Under the pieces are notes generated by a model. That model was not told the origin of the DNA. It saw only the letters and a list, made by a program, of their open reading frames with translations, and ran no database searches. Below, in pieces: positions 24,646 through 32,440 of a stretch of DNA of 63,947 bases. The stretch lies in the IMG/VR virus record IMGVR_UViG_3300045988_102022; one strand, 5' to 3'. Position numbers and translations under genes: made by a program. How positions within the stretch are numbered: the first letter of the stretch is position 1; every line of letters starts with the position of its first letter. The stretch comes from a virus.

Positions 24646-24796
24646 TTCTACCTCCTTTATAAAAAGCGGCGGCGTGGGAATTCTTGGATTTTACACAGGC
24701 CTGTTTCATCAGTCCATAACAATAATGGGCCTACCGTTGCCAAGTCCGCAACCTACTGCCGTTCGGCAACCCAGCCACCGCGTCCCATGGGCTTAA
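24646..24796 (-). other. GC-rich structured non-coding island (candidate cis-regulatory RNA or sRNA)
   Basis: No ORF. Long-range helix GCGGTGGCTGGG (24770..24781) pairs with CCCACGCCGCCGC (24666..24678), followed by TTTTT. Internal hairpins GTTGCC/GGCAAC and ACAGG/CCTGT. Confidence 0.4.
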
Positions 24797-24979
24797 TTAG
24801 TTGCCAACAATGGCAACATCATTATCAACTATTACCCAATTATAACCCTGTATCGTTACAACACCACCTAGTATCGTTACAACACCACCTACATCATACG
24901 TATTGCCTTTTACACTAATGCATACTTTTGAATTACTAGGTTTTTCTTTTAATATTTCAATCAATTCATCTACTGTCAT
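24797..24979 (-). CDS. Hypothetical protein containing a 21-bp in-frame tandem duplication
   Basis: 60 aa; GGVVTIL/GGVVTIQ encoded by the perfect repeat 24850..24870 / 24871..24891. Confidence 0.4.
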   Translation of the reverse strand: MTVDELIEILKEKPSNSKVCISVKGNTYDVGGVVTILGGVVTIQGYNWVIVDNDVAIVGN

Positions 24980-24991
24980 TTTCTTACCCCC

Positions 24992-25207
24992 TTAATTTAA
25001 ATCAATATAGCACCAGCGAACCACAGATATTTCGCCGCATATTTCGGTATCGTTCATATCACGAATGCCGTTACCTTCTCTGAACCCAATCAAATACTCT
25101 CTTGTCAATTTAATTTTGTTTAGATTGATTTCAAAGAGGCAGTCTTTCAATTCTACCGGCATAACATCATTACCATGCCACCTACCACATATAGGTTTGT
25201 TATTCAT
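24992..25207 (-). CDS. Hypothetical protein
   Basis: 71-aa ORF. Confidence 0.4.
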   Translation of the reverse strand: MNNKPICGRWHGNDVMPVELKDCLFEINLNKIKLTREYLIGFREGNGIRDMNDTEICGEISVVRWCYIDLN

Positions 25208-25217
25208 TTTCTTACCC

Positions 25218-25580
25218 CTAAACTTTTTGTGAGTTGTTGCGGTTTTTTATTCCACTTTCTACCCACTCATTAAAACATTTCTTGCAGCAGTACCCTCTGC
25301 TGTTGACATGGAAGTCTGCTACATCTTCTATCTTTGCGCCACAGGTATTGCAAATAAAATACCAACCGTGGTTTAACCATTCCTCAACAGGAATACTATC
25401 AACATCACCGTATTTGTCAGCCCAAGGCAAACGTCGCACTCTGATGTCCTTGTAATGGATTCCGCTCCCCATGCTAAAATCTTGTTTTGCTTTGCCTGCT
25501 GTTTCAGCAAATGTTACTTTTTCTGATATATCTTCAATATCGTAGTCTGCGGCGTTCGCAAAAACATATGCTTTATTCAT
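25218..25580 (-). CDS. Hypothetical zinc-ribbon protein
   Basis: 120 aa; CNTCGAK...CCKKC. Confidence 0.45.
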   Translation of the reverse strand: MNKAYVFANAADYDIEDISEKVTFAETAGKAKQDFSMGSGIHYKDIRVRRLPWADKYGDVDSIPVEEWLNHGWYFICNTCGAKIEDVADFHVNSRGYCCKKCFNEWVESGIKNRNNSQKV

Positions 25581-25646
25581 GCATTTTCACCTCCTAAACT
25601 TTTCAAAGAAGTTTTTGTCCCCAGCTACAACTTTTTCAAGGGAGTT

Positions 25647-25829
25647 TTAGAAGGGAAAAGTGCAACATGTTGCAAAAATCTCTTTTATAATCCCCATCTG
25701 CCACCGCCAATCATCCGTATAGTACTGCCTGCGAGGCTTTGTTACCTTGATTTGGTCGAACACTAAATAGACGCGGTTGCTACGCCTAGAGCTAATAACT
25801 GTTGTTTTCGTCCTTCCTTCTGTTTTCAT
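25647..25829 (-). CDS. Hypothetical small protein
   Basis: Start set at the ATG at 25829 (ATGA overlap with the upstream stop). Confidence 0.35.
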   Translation of the reverse strand: MKTEGRTKTTVISSRRSNRVYLVFDQIKVTKPRRQYYTDDWRWQMGIIKEIFATCCTFPF

Positions 25830-26326
25830 CGCTCTCTCACCCACTTTTTGGCAAACAGTCGCAGGTAATGAATATACCCGTTATCGGTCAGCGGTTTAAC
25901 TTCTTTGCGCACTTTAGGCTTTAAAACTGTTGTGATTGGATAACCATCTACAATTAAGCCTGCGCCCTTTTCCTTGCACGTAGCTCTAATTTCGTTTTTA
26001 TACTTGCTGTAAAGCTCCTGCGGGATGAAATAATAAAAACCTCTAACATCGGGGTGGTTATGGTATTTATTCTTTTTTTGGTCTGCTCTAAAATCAGCAA
26101 TGCTGATTTTAACTTCGACCTCATAAAGATAATAGCTTTTAGTGATGTACAAGAAGTCTGCTTCATAGTACCATTTGTATCGGTCTTGCCGTTCTCCGCC
26201 GTCCCACACCTTCCAGTACTGGTCCATTATGATATTCGGACCGCAATCTAAGCCACGTTCAATGCCGTATAAGCGCCCTAAACGTGAGCTAAGACTATCT
26301 TCTGTATGTTTATCGCCATAATTCAT
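25826..26326 (-). CDS. PD-(D/E)XK nuclease-fold-like protein
   Basis: 166 aa; ..EADFLYI...YEVEVKIS.. is a D...E.K-type motif; the fold assignment is inferred. Confidence 0.35.
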   Translation of the reverse strand: MNYGDKHTEDSLSSRLGRLYGIERGLDCGPNIIMDQYWKVWDGGERQDRYKWYYEADFLYITKSYYLYEVEVKISIADFRADQKKNKYHNHPDVRGFYYFIPQELYSKYKNEIRATCKEKGAGLIVDGYPITTVLKPKVRKEVKPLTDNGYIHYLRLFAKKWVRER

Positions 26327-26336
26327 TTAAAGCCTC

Positions 26337-26753
26337 CTATAGCTCATACTTCACACCCATTTCCGCAGCCACGGCAGGGAGTGCAGTTTCAGCTTCTGCA
26401 CGAGTACGATATACCCAGCCTGCTTTGTAGAGTGCAAAATCTGCGGGATTGTTAGCCCAAGTGTACAAAAGCACAAGCCATGCGTCATTTACTGACGAGT
26501 ACCAAAACCCCCAGTATTTTTCGCCTTTCTTCGGCTTCCACGGCAGTTTGATAAGTTTTGCGTCGCCTTTCGCCAGACTAGCAAGCATCATGTTAGCAGT
26601 TACGTATCCATGATTTGCGTTCTCCTCGCCGCACACTATTAGTTCGTCGATGATAAATTTATAAGTTTTATCGGCTACGCCCTCAACTTTAAATTCTTCG
26701 CCCAGCTCCACGCCGAGCATTTTAGCGATTTGCGGAATCAAATTTTTAGCCAT
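26337..26753 (-). CDS. Hypothetical protein, paralog of 28827..29267
   Basis: MAKNLIPQIAKMLG..PWKPKKGEKYW..YKAGWVYRTRAEAE versus MSKNLIPAVAEMLG..PWLPNRDEDYW..YKAGWVFATQDDAE. Confidence 0.55.
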   Translation of the reverse strand: MAKNLIPQIAKMLGVELGEEFKVEGVADKTYKFIIDELIVCGEENANHGYVTANMMLASLAKGDAKLIKLPWKPKKGEKYWGFWYSSVNDAWLVLLYTWANNPADFALYKAGWVYRTRAEAETALPAVAAEMGVKYEL

Positions 26754-27237
26754 TATACGATTCACCTCCTAAATATTTACAGAAAAACGTCCAACGTGTC
26801 TTGCCTGTCTTATCGCCAGCAATCGGCTTGTACGGCAAGGCACAACGCAGAACTGCATGATGTGGAATATCCTCTTCATTCCACTTAAATAACAACATCC
26901 CACCCGGCTTTAATACTCTAAAACATTCAGTAAAAGCCTTATTCATCCACTCTTCCCACAATAACGGCAGATGTCCGTACTTCTGAGCAAGCCAGCTTTT
27001 CTCTCCGACTTGCACTAGATGCGGCGGGTCAAAAATCACACAGCAAAAAGTGTTATCCTCGATTCCTTTCATATTGGTTGCGTCCATCAGTTTGTCTGGT
27101 TGGATATGCAATTCTCGTCCATCGCAGAGCTTTGTGTGCAGCTCTCGTATGTCACAAAACATAACAGCGTCGCTCTCTTTGTCATGGTAGAACATCTTGC
27201 TCCCACAGCACGGGTCTAAGATAAACGGCTTAGTCAT
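26746..27237 (-). CDS. Small SAM-dependent (probably DNA amino-) methyltransferase, copy 1
   Basis: Motif I-like LDPCCGS, motif IV-like FDPPHL, VLKPGGMLLF; paralog of 29469..29942. Confidence 0.6.
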   Translation of the reverse strand: MTKPFILDPCCGSKMFYHDKESDAVMFCDIRELHTKLCDGRELHIQPDKLMDATNMKGIEDNTFCCVIFDPPHLVQVGEKSWLAQKYGHLPLLWEEWMNKAFTECFRVLKPGGMLLFKWNEEDIPHHAVLRCALPYKPIAGDKTGKTRWTFFCKYLGGESYNG

Positions 27238-27442
27238 TATTTCTCTCCTTCTTCATTTTTTCTTGGCATTTAGGGCAATAAGCTTTATAGCCTATTTGTT
27301 TATCCTTAACAAATTTCCAATCTGTTTGTGCTTTGATTATAGATTTTTCAGACGGCAAGTCTCGTCTGCGCATAACTCCTGTCGGGTCAAAGAAATCACC
27401 ACACCCATCGCAGAAAAGCGTTAGCTCGTATTGAAAACTCAT
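27230..27442 (-). CDS. Small zinc-ribbon protein
   Basis: 70 aa; CDGCGD...CPKCQEK. Confidence 0.45.
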   Translation of the reverse strand: MSFQYELTLFCDGCGDFFDPTGVMRRRDLPSEKSIIKAQTDWKFVKDKQIGYKAYCPKCQEKMKKERNND

Positions 27443-28029
27443 TATCCTTCCTCCCCTTTTGCCAACTTTGCCATTTTCTCAAAAAACTCAATAGCAGCCA
27501 TGTATTGACCGTAGTATTTTTTGTTAGGTGTTTTGCCTTCTTCGCCGTATACACTTTCTACACGCTCCTTAAATTCGGCTAGTGTACCACCTTCATAACT
27601 GTTCCAACAACCGCAATGAACATTATCGTCGTCTACACAATATGTAGTAGTTGCTTCTCTACTGCCTATACGGACAACCTGATAGTAGGTTTTGCTAAGG
27701 CTCGTAGCACTGAGGTTTGCATTGTCGAAGCTCGAATTACTGAGGTCTGCACCAAAAAGACTCGAATTACTGAGGTCTGTATGACGGAGGTCTGCGCCAC
27801 GAAGGCTCGAATTACTAAGGTCTGCTCCACGAAGGTTTACTCCATAGAGGTTTGCGTTACAGAGATTTGCTCCACAGAGGTTAACATATCTTAAATCTGT
27901 GTGGCAGAGATTAATGCAGCTAAGGTCTACATTGCTGAGGTTTGCTTTTCTCCCCCCGCCATACTCATCTTGTAGCCATTTACCATGGCTCGCGATAATT
28001 TCCTTTAATTTCTCTTGCGTAATTTTCAT
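27442..28029 (-). CDS. Pentapeptide-repeat protein with a C-terminal non-repeat domain
   Basis: About 17 consecutive A(D/N)LxX units: ANLSNVDLSCINLCHTDLRYVNLCGANLCNANLYGVNLRGADLSNSSLRGADLRHTDLSNSSLFGADLSNSSFDNANLS. Confidence 0.75.
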   Translation of the reverse strand: MKITQEKLKEIIASHGKWLQDEYGGGRKANLSNVDLSCINLCHTDLRYVNLCGANLCNANLYGVNLRGADLSNSSLRGADLRHTDLSNSSLFGADLSNSSFDNANLSATSLSKTYYQVVRIGSREATTTYCVDDDNVHCGCWNSYEGGTLAEFKERVESVYGEEGKTPNKKYYGQYMAAIEFFEKMAKLAKGEEG

Positions 28030-28376
28030 TGTTCCCACCCCTTAATTTTATTTCCACACCATGGACAAAAATCATAGTATTCATAATTCTGCACCTCAGA
28101 GCCACATTGAGAGCATTTGTATACGCCCATAGCTGCATCACCTCCTGCTCCTACATATTCCATTGTAGAGCCTGTGTTTTTCTGCAATCCTTTAGCTAGT
28201 TCTTTATCTCCATCAACATAAAACATCATCGTTACATTGTTGGGATTGTAATCAAAATCAGCAAAACTAAAATAATCTGGATAATAGATGCAATTATCAT
28301 CGACAAAGCCATATTGAAGCGGCAGATTCTCAACGCCGTTAGCTTTTGCCCATTCATAAAGCTCTCTAATCGTCAT
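28026..28376 (-). CDS. Hypothetical protein with a C-terminal zinc ribbon
   Basis: 116 aa; CSQCGS...CPWCGNK. Confidence 0.45.
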   Translation of the reverse strand: MTIRELYEWAKANGVENLPLQYGFVDDNCIYYPDYFSFADFDYNPNNVTMMFYVDGDKELAKGLQKNTGSTMEYVGAGGDAAMGVYKCSQCGSEVQNYEYYDFCPWCGNKIKGWEQ

Positions 28377-28379
28377 TTT

Positions 28380-28577
28380 TCACACCACCCAAGCACCGTA
28401 GATTATCAAAAAAATCAATATGTCAACAAAACAACCAAACAAAAGACCTTCTGTCCATCTGTCCCATTTTTCATCTGCTATCGTTGCGCAAATTATCATT
28501 ATCCAGCAGCCACCGAGAATGGAAACAACAGTGAATGTAATTGCCAATAATATTTTTGCAATCAAAACGCTGGTCAT
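28380..28577 (-). CDS. Small membrane protein
   Basis: Start set at the ATG at 28577 (ATGA overlap); two hydrophobic helices. Confidence 0.4.
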   Translation of the reverse strand: MTSVLIAKILLAITFTVVSILGGCWIMIICATIADEKWDRWTEGLLFGCFVDILIFLIIYGAWVV

Positions 28578-28834
28578 TTTTTCAGTTCTCCACATTTCTC
28601 TATGAATCCGGGATTGCCTGTGCCATCAATGCTCAATTTAAAGCCGTTGATTTCAATTTCAGCCTTGCCGTCAAACGGTTTCTTGCTTTCAGCCATATAA
28701 CATAGCTTTTCCATAACAGCTTCAACGGCTGAATCTGTAACCTCTACTCTTTGACCTACCATAATGCCTTCTTCTTCGTTGACATCGGTATAATAAATTT
28801 TTCCACGAAAACCACAACATAATCTTTTAGCCAT
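28574..28834 (-). CDS. Hypothetical protein
   Basis: 86-aa ORF. Confidence 0.4.
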   Translation of the reverse strand: MAKRLCCGFRGKIYYTDVNEEEGIMVGQRVEVTDSAVEAVMEKLCYMAESKKPFDGKAEIEINGFKLSIDGTGNPGFIEKCGELKK

Positions 28835-29267
28835 TTAATTGCCCCCTTAATATATATGGCGTCTTTAGCTCTTTAGCTACATTCGACAATGCCTTTTCCG
28901 CATCATCTTGCGTCGCGAACACCCACCCAGCTTTATAGGCTGCATAATCGTCAGGCTCGCCGTTCCAAGTCATCCTAGTTGCAATCCACTTCAGCTTTGA
29001 AGATTTATCACAATACAATCCAAACGTCCAATAATCTTCGTCACGATTCGGCAGCCAGGGAATTTTAATAATCTCGCATTCTCCCTTGATTAACGCTTCC
29101 AACACATCAGACGATGCAAGTAATGGTATATTTTGAGGATATGCCTTGTTTACTTCTAAATTTTCCTCGGTGAAAAAATATACTTCGTCATACCTGTCAA
29201 TCCTAAATTTTTCTCTCAATTTTAGCCCCAGCATTTCAGCGACTGCCGGAATAAGATTTTTGCTCAT
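28827..29267 (-). CDS. Hypothetical protein, paralog of 26337..26753
   Basis: See 26337..26753. Confidence 0.55.
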   Translation of the reverse strand: MSKNLIPAVAEMLGLKLREKFRIDRYDEVYFFTEENLEVNKAYPQNIPLLASSDVLEALIKGECEIIKIPWLPNRDEDYWTFGLYCDKSSKLKWIATRMTWNGEPDDYAAYKAGWVFATQDDAEKALSNVAKELKTPYILRGQLNG

Positions 29268-29295
29268 TGCTACTACCTCCGCTTTCTTTCAACTT

Positions 29296-29463
29296 TTATC
29301 TCAAATTAATAACCACTTCCTTGCCTTGACGTTCTTCGATGCACCGGTCGTTAATGAGCCAGCATTCATCTTCTTTACCATTTTCGTCATAGCATTTGAC
29401 TGTTATTTCCATTCCTTCGCAGTCATGTTTGACTGCCCATTTATAAAACTCTTCGACGGTCAT
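29296..29463 (-). CDS. Hypothetical small protein
   Basis: Start set at the ATG at 29463 (AGAGGTGA SD). Confidence 0.4.
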   Translation of the reverse strand: MTVEEFYKWAVKHDCEGMEITVKCYDENGKEDECWLINDRCIEERQGKEVVINLR

Positions 29464-29468
29464 TATTA

Positions 29469-29942
29469 TCACCTCTCTATTTTTACAAAAAACGTCCAAC
29501 GTGTTTTCCCTTGCTTATCTCCGGCAAGCGGAAGATAAGGTAACGCACACCTCAGCACATCCTTATGCGGAATGTCCTCGTCGCTCCATTTAAACAGCAG
29601 CATCCCACCAGGTTTAAGCACTCTAAAGCACTCAGCAAACGCCTTTGTCATCCACTCTTCCCATAGCACCGGAAGTTGCCCATACTTCTGTGCCAACCAG
29701 CTGCTCTCGCCAACTTTTACCAGGTGCGGCGGGTCAAAAATGATGTAGCTAAATGCTTCATCTGCTATATTCTCCATGTTGGTCACATCAATTATCTTGT
29801 CTAGCTGAATATGTAATTCTCTTCCGTCGCAGAGCTTTGTATGCAGCTCTCGTATGTCACAAAACATAACAGCGTCGCTCTCTTTGTCATGGTAGAACAT
29901 CTTGCTTCCACAGCATGGGTCTAAGATAAACGGCTTATCCAT
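29469..29942 (-). CDS. Small SAM-dependent (probably DNA amino-) methyltransferase, copy 2
   Basis: Start set at the ATG at 29942 (AAGGAGG SD). MDKPFILDPCCGSKMFYHDKESDAVMFCDIRELHTKLCDGRELHIQ is nearly identical to copy 1. Confidence 0.6.
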   Translation of the reverse strand: MDKPFILDPCCGSKMFYHDKESDAVMFCDIRELHTKLCDGRELHIQLDKIIDVTNMENIADEAFSYIIFDPPHLVKVGESSWLAQKYGQLPVLWEEWMTKAFAECFRVLKPGGMLLFKWSDEDIPHKDVLRCALPYLPLAGDKQGKTRWTFFVKIER

Positions 29943-30162
29943 TATTGCCTCCTTGCGCTGCATTGATTTTTTTAGCAAGCTCATCCATAGCTTTCTCTGC
30001 TTCTTCATAATCGCTACATTCTTTATAGCCGAATTTTTCTCCGTTTTTCATGCTTACGAGGATTGTATAATAGCAGCGACTTATACCTTTGCACAGCGTC
30101 ACTGTTAAGCCAACAACATTGCTCATATCTTGCCACGTGCCATTCTTAAGCTTAATTAACAT
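29935..30162 (-). CDS. Hypothetical protein
   Basis: 75-aa ORF. Confidence 0.4.
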   Translation of the reverse strand: MLIKLKNGTWQDMSNVVGLTVTLCKGISRCYYTILVSMKNGEKFGYKECSDYEEAEKAMDELAKKINAAQGGNNG

Positions 30163-30386
30163 TCCTTTCGCTCTTCCTCCTTGCGTCCGCTGACATTCTC
30201 CAGCTCATCGCCGATGCGTCTAATGGTGCGTCCCAGGATTTTACAAGTGCTTTTGAGCCATTGAACGCTATGTCCTTCCAGCACCTTGTCCATTTCTTCG
30301 TCGGTCAAGTCCGAGAAGCAAACGCTTTCCCAACGATTGTTACGTTTAACTCTAAAATAAATTCCGTCTAAATCTCTATTTACCAT
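30156..30386 (-). CDS. Hypothetical protein
   Basis: 76-aa ORF. Confidence 0.4.
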   Translation of the reverse strand: MVNRDLDGIYFRVKRNNRWESVCFSDLTDEEMDKVLEGHSVQWLKSTCKILGRTIRRIGDELENVSGRKEEERKEC

Positions 30387-30510
30387 ATTTTTTCCTCATT
30401 TCCATACGCACTTCATAGTCTACAACGCTCACCCGGAACAGCGGATGTGCTTTACGCAAGCAGTAACGATAATATTTCAGCTTCTGCTGTCTTCGCTTTA
30501 CCACAGCCAT
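30376..30510 (-). CDS. Small basic ORF (44 aa; below the track cutoff)
   Basis: Hand translation MAVVKRRQQKLKYYRYCLRKAHPLF...; overlaps both neighbours. Confidence 0.25.
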   Translation of the reverse strand: MAVVKRRQQKLKYYRYCLRKAHPLFRVSVVDYEVRMEMRKKYGK

Positions 30511-30617
30511 ATTAACCACCCAATCGCAGCACCTAACAGAGCACCAAACATAGCAGGTATGCCGATGATTAGTATAACCGTGATCATGTCGATGATTACA
30601 TTTAGCAATTTACTCAT
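30498..30617 (-). CDS. Small membrane peptide (39 aa; below the track cutoff)
   Basis: Hand translation MSKLLNVIIDMITVILIIGIPAMFGALLGAAIGWLIWLW. Confidence 0.3.
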   Translation of the reverse strand: MSKLLNVIIDMITVILIIGIPAMFGALLGAAIGWLIWLW

Positions 30618-31014
30618 TTGCATTACCTCTGTTTGGATTCTGTTTCCAGCCACCTACAGGACGATACAGATGTAAAACATCGTATATCCCGCCTACGCCG
30701 TGTAAATACTCGCTTTCCTTCGGGTGTATCTGATGCACTTCTTCTTCCGGCAGCCAGAATACATCTTTTACCTGGCACATAACATCCCATGACGGCGTTT
30801 TATTCGTTGTGCCGCAGAATTTTACGCTCACGTGCTCCCATTGGTTACCTTCCTGGTCAGGCTCAACACCTACAACACATTGCAATTGCTTCTTTACGCC
30901 TGGCAAGGTTAAGAAACCGCTGACAAGCAAGCCCTCAAAAGAAAACTCTTTGTTCTTGTCCTCGATAAACCTATCACTGGCAAGAATTTCCTTAATGTCT
31001 TTCATTTTTACCAT
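30610..31014 (-). CDS. Hypothetical protein
   Basis: 134-aa ORF. Confidence 0.5.
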   Translation of the reverse strand: MVKMKDIKEILASDRFIEDKNKEFSFEGLLVSGFLTLPGVKKQLQCVVGVEPDQEGNQWEHVSVKFCGTTNKTPSWDVMCQVKDVFWLPEEEVHQIHPKESEYLHGVGGIYDVLHLYRPVGGWKQNPNRGNANE

Positions 31015-31017
31015 CCT

Positions 31018-31785
31018 TTAAAACATCGAAATTGCTTTAAATTTTCTCGGCGCAAGCATTTTATTTTTTGCTAATTTATACATATTACGGCTTATTTCAA
31101 AACCGTAACTGCTTCTGCCTAACTCCTGCGCAGCTCGTAATGTCGCTGCGCTTCCTGCCACTGGGTCAATAACTACATCGTTAGCGTCGGTAAAAATCGT
31201 AATAAGTTGCTTTAACAATCCTACTGGCTTCTGCGTCGGGTGGATTTTAGGATAAGCTTTGCTATCTCTTACCCATTTAATCCAATCAAACACCATTTTA
31301 CCGTTGTTATTAAACTTTGGTAGTTTTTCACGATACAGCACAAGGGCGTGCTCCGTTGCTCCTACAATACGCATATTAGCTTTAAGTACCTGCGCAGAAT
31401 AATCTTTGATAAACGTCAATGGAATGTAATTTTTAAATCCATGTTTAGCGGCGTACTTGATGACCATTTCCATTTGTTCAAAAGAGCAAAATACAATCAT
31501 GCACGGTGCCTTGCCTTTTTCCTTCGGCTCTTTTTTTAGTAAGCGATTGCAAAAATGGAAATACTCGGCAATGTTAAAATTGTAATCGCTGTTAAAAAAC
31601 GCCTTGCCAGCAAGCTTGCTTTCACCGTTTTTTCTGTCTCCGCCGACATACCACATTGGATTACTGCCGTAAGCATCATGGCCTACGTTATACGGTATGT
31701 CAGCAATTACTAGCTGTGCTTTTGGGATTCCATACCGCTTGAAATTTTGAAAATTATCGTTATAAAGCTCAGTCTTGATGCTCAT
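31018..31785 (-). CDS. DNA methyltransferase (N6-adenine/N4-cytosine type, motif IV before motif I)
   Basis: Start set at the ATG at 31785 (AAGGAG SD); LVIADIPYNV (DPPY-like) then C-terminal VVIDPVAGSAAT. Confidence 0.75.
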   Translation of the reverse strand: MSIKTELYNDNFQNFKRYGIPKAQLVIADIPYNVGHDAYGSNPMWYVGGDRKNGESKLAGKAFFNSDYNFNIAEYFHFCNRLLKKEPKEKGKAPCMIVFCSFEQMEMVIKYAAKHGFKNYIPLTFIKDYSAQVLKANMRIVGATEHALVLYREKLPKFNNNGKMVFDWIKWVRDSKAYPKIHPTQKPVGLLKQLITIFTDANDVVIDPVAGSAATLRAAQELGRSSYGFEISRNMYKLAKNKMLAPRKFKAISMF

Positions 31786-32255
31786 GCTCTTAATCTCCTT
31801 GCTCCGCATAGTTGCGGATTATTACTGCATTGCTTACATTCCTTGTCGCACTCCCAACAGCATACGTGGCAAACCTCACTTCTCACGCAGCCGGGAAACG
31901 GAAAAGGGCAAACATATTTATTTTTCAGCTTTTTCGTGATTATTGGCTCTTCATCTTTTGAAAATTTCTCGGCAGGCTTCTGAGCTATAACCTTGTTTTT
32001 GTTAGTTTCCTGCCTTCTTATTTGCGCAAGGCTCATGATTTTGTGCTTGCACTCCTTGCCGCCGCAGCTCATTCCTTGCCGCCGGGCTAGGTTAGATACA
32101 TCTCTGTAACATTCAGTGCCACATTCGCAAAGGCATTTTGCAACAGAAACCTTCTTTTTAGGTCTGATACTGATAACGCCTGGAGGATAAATTTCAAGCA
32201 CTGTCAGCATACCTATTTTCTGCCCTAGCAGATAGCTCCAATCCTTATTCTGCAT
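31782..32255 (-). CDS. Cys-rich (multi zinc-finger) protein
   Basis: Start set at the ATG at 32255 (GAAAGGAAGTCGGTTTA-ATG); CLCECGTEC ... CHVCCWECDKECKQC. Confidence 0.5.
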   Translation of the reverse strand: MQNKDWSYLLGQKIGMLTVLEIYPPGVISIRPKKKVSVAKCLCECGTECYRDVSNLARRQGMSCGGKECKHKIMSLAQIRRQETNKNKVIAQKPAEKFSKDEEPIITKKLKNKYVCPFPFPGCVRSEVCHVCCWECDKECKQCSNNPQLCGARRLRA

Positions 32256-32275
32256 TAAACCGACTTCCTTTCGCT

Positions 32276-32440
32276 TTACTTTAACCAAATCGTGCCATAG
32301 CACGATGAGCATCTAAACGCCCATTTCACAGCACCTTTTCTGTCTACAATCTTTGCGCCGTAGACAAGCTTTATTTTTTCCTGCTTGCAATGAGGGCAGC
32401 ACTGCTTGCCTTCTGCTGTTGTTCCAAGTAGATATTTCAC
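32276..32440 (-). CDS. Small zinc-ribbon ORF (54 aa, GTG start; below the track cutoff)
   Basis: Hand translation VKYLLGTTAEGKQCCPHCKQ...CSSCYGTIWLK; the GTG overlaps the upstream TGA. Confidence 0.35.
   Translation of the reverse strand: MKYLLGTTAEGKQCCPHCKQEKIKLVYGAKIVDRKGAVKWAFRCSSCYGTIWLK

Noticed and set aside
24646-24796. The GC-rich island considered as a tRNA, tmRNA fragment or att-associated tRNA 3' end
   Set aside because: It has no GTTCRANNC T-loop. No 7-nt anticodon loop with U33 is present on either strand. No cloverleaf can be drawn, and it is far from the integrase gene.
27616-27894. Regularly spaced ~15-nt DNA periodicity that could be mistaken for a CRISPR-like or satellite repeat
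   Set aside because: It is the coding image of the pentapeptide repeats within one continuous ORF. There are no unique spacers, and the repeats are imperfect.
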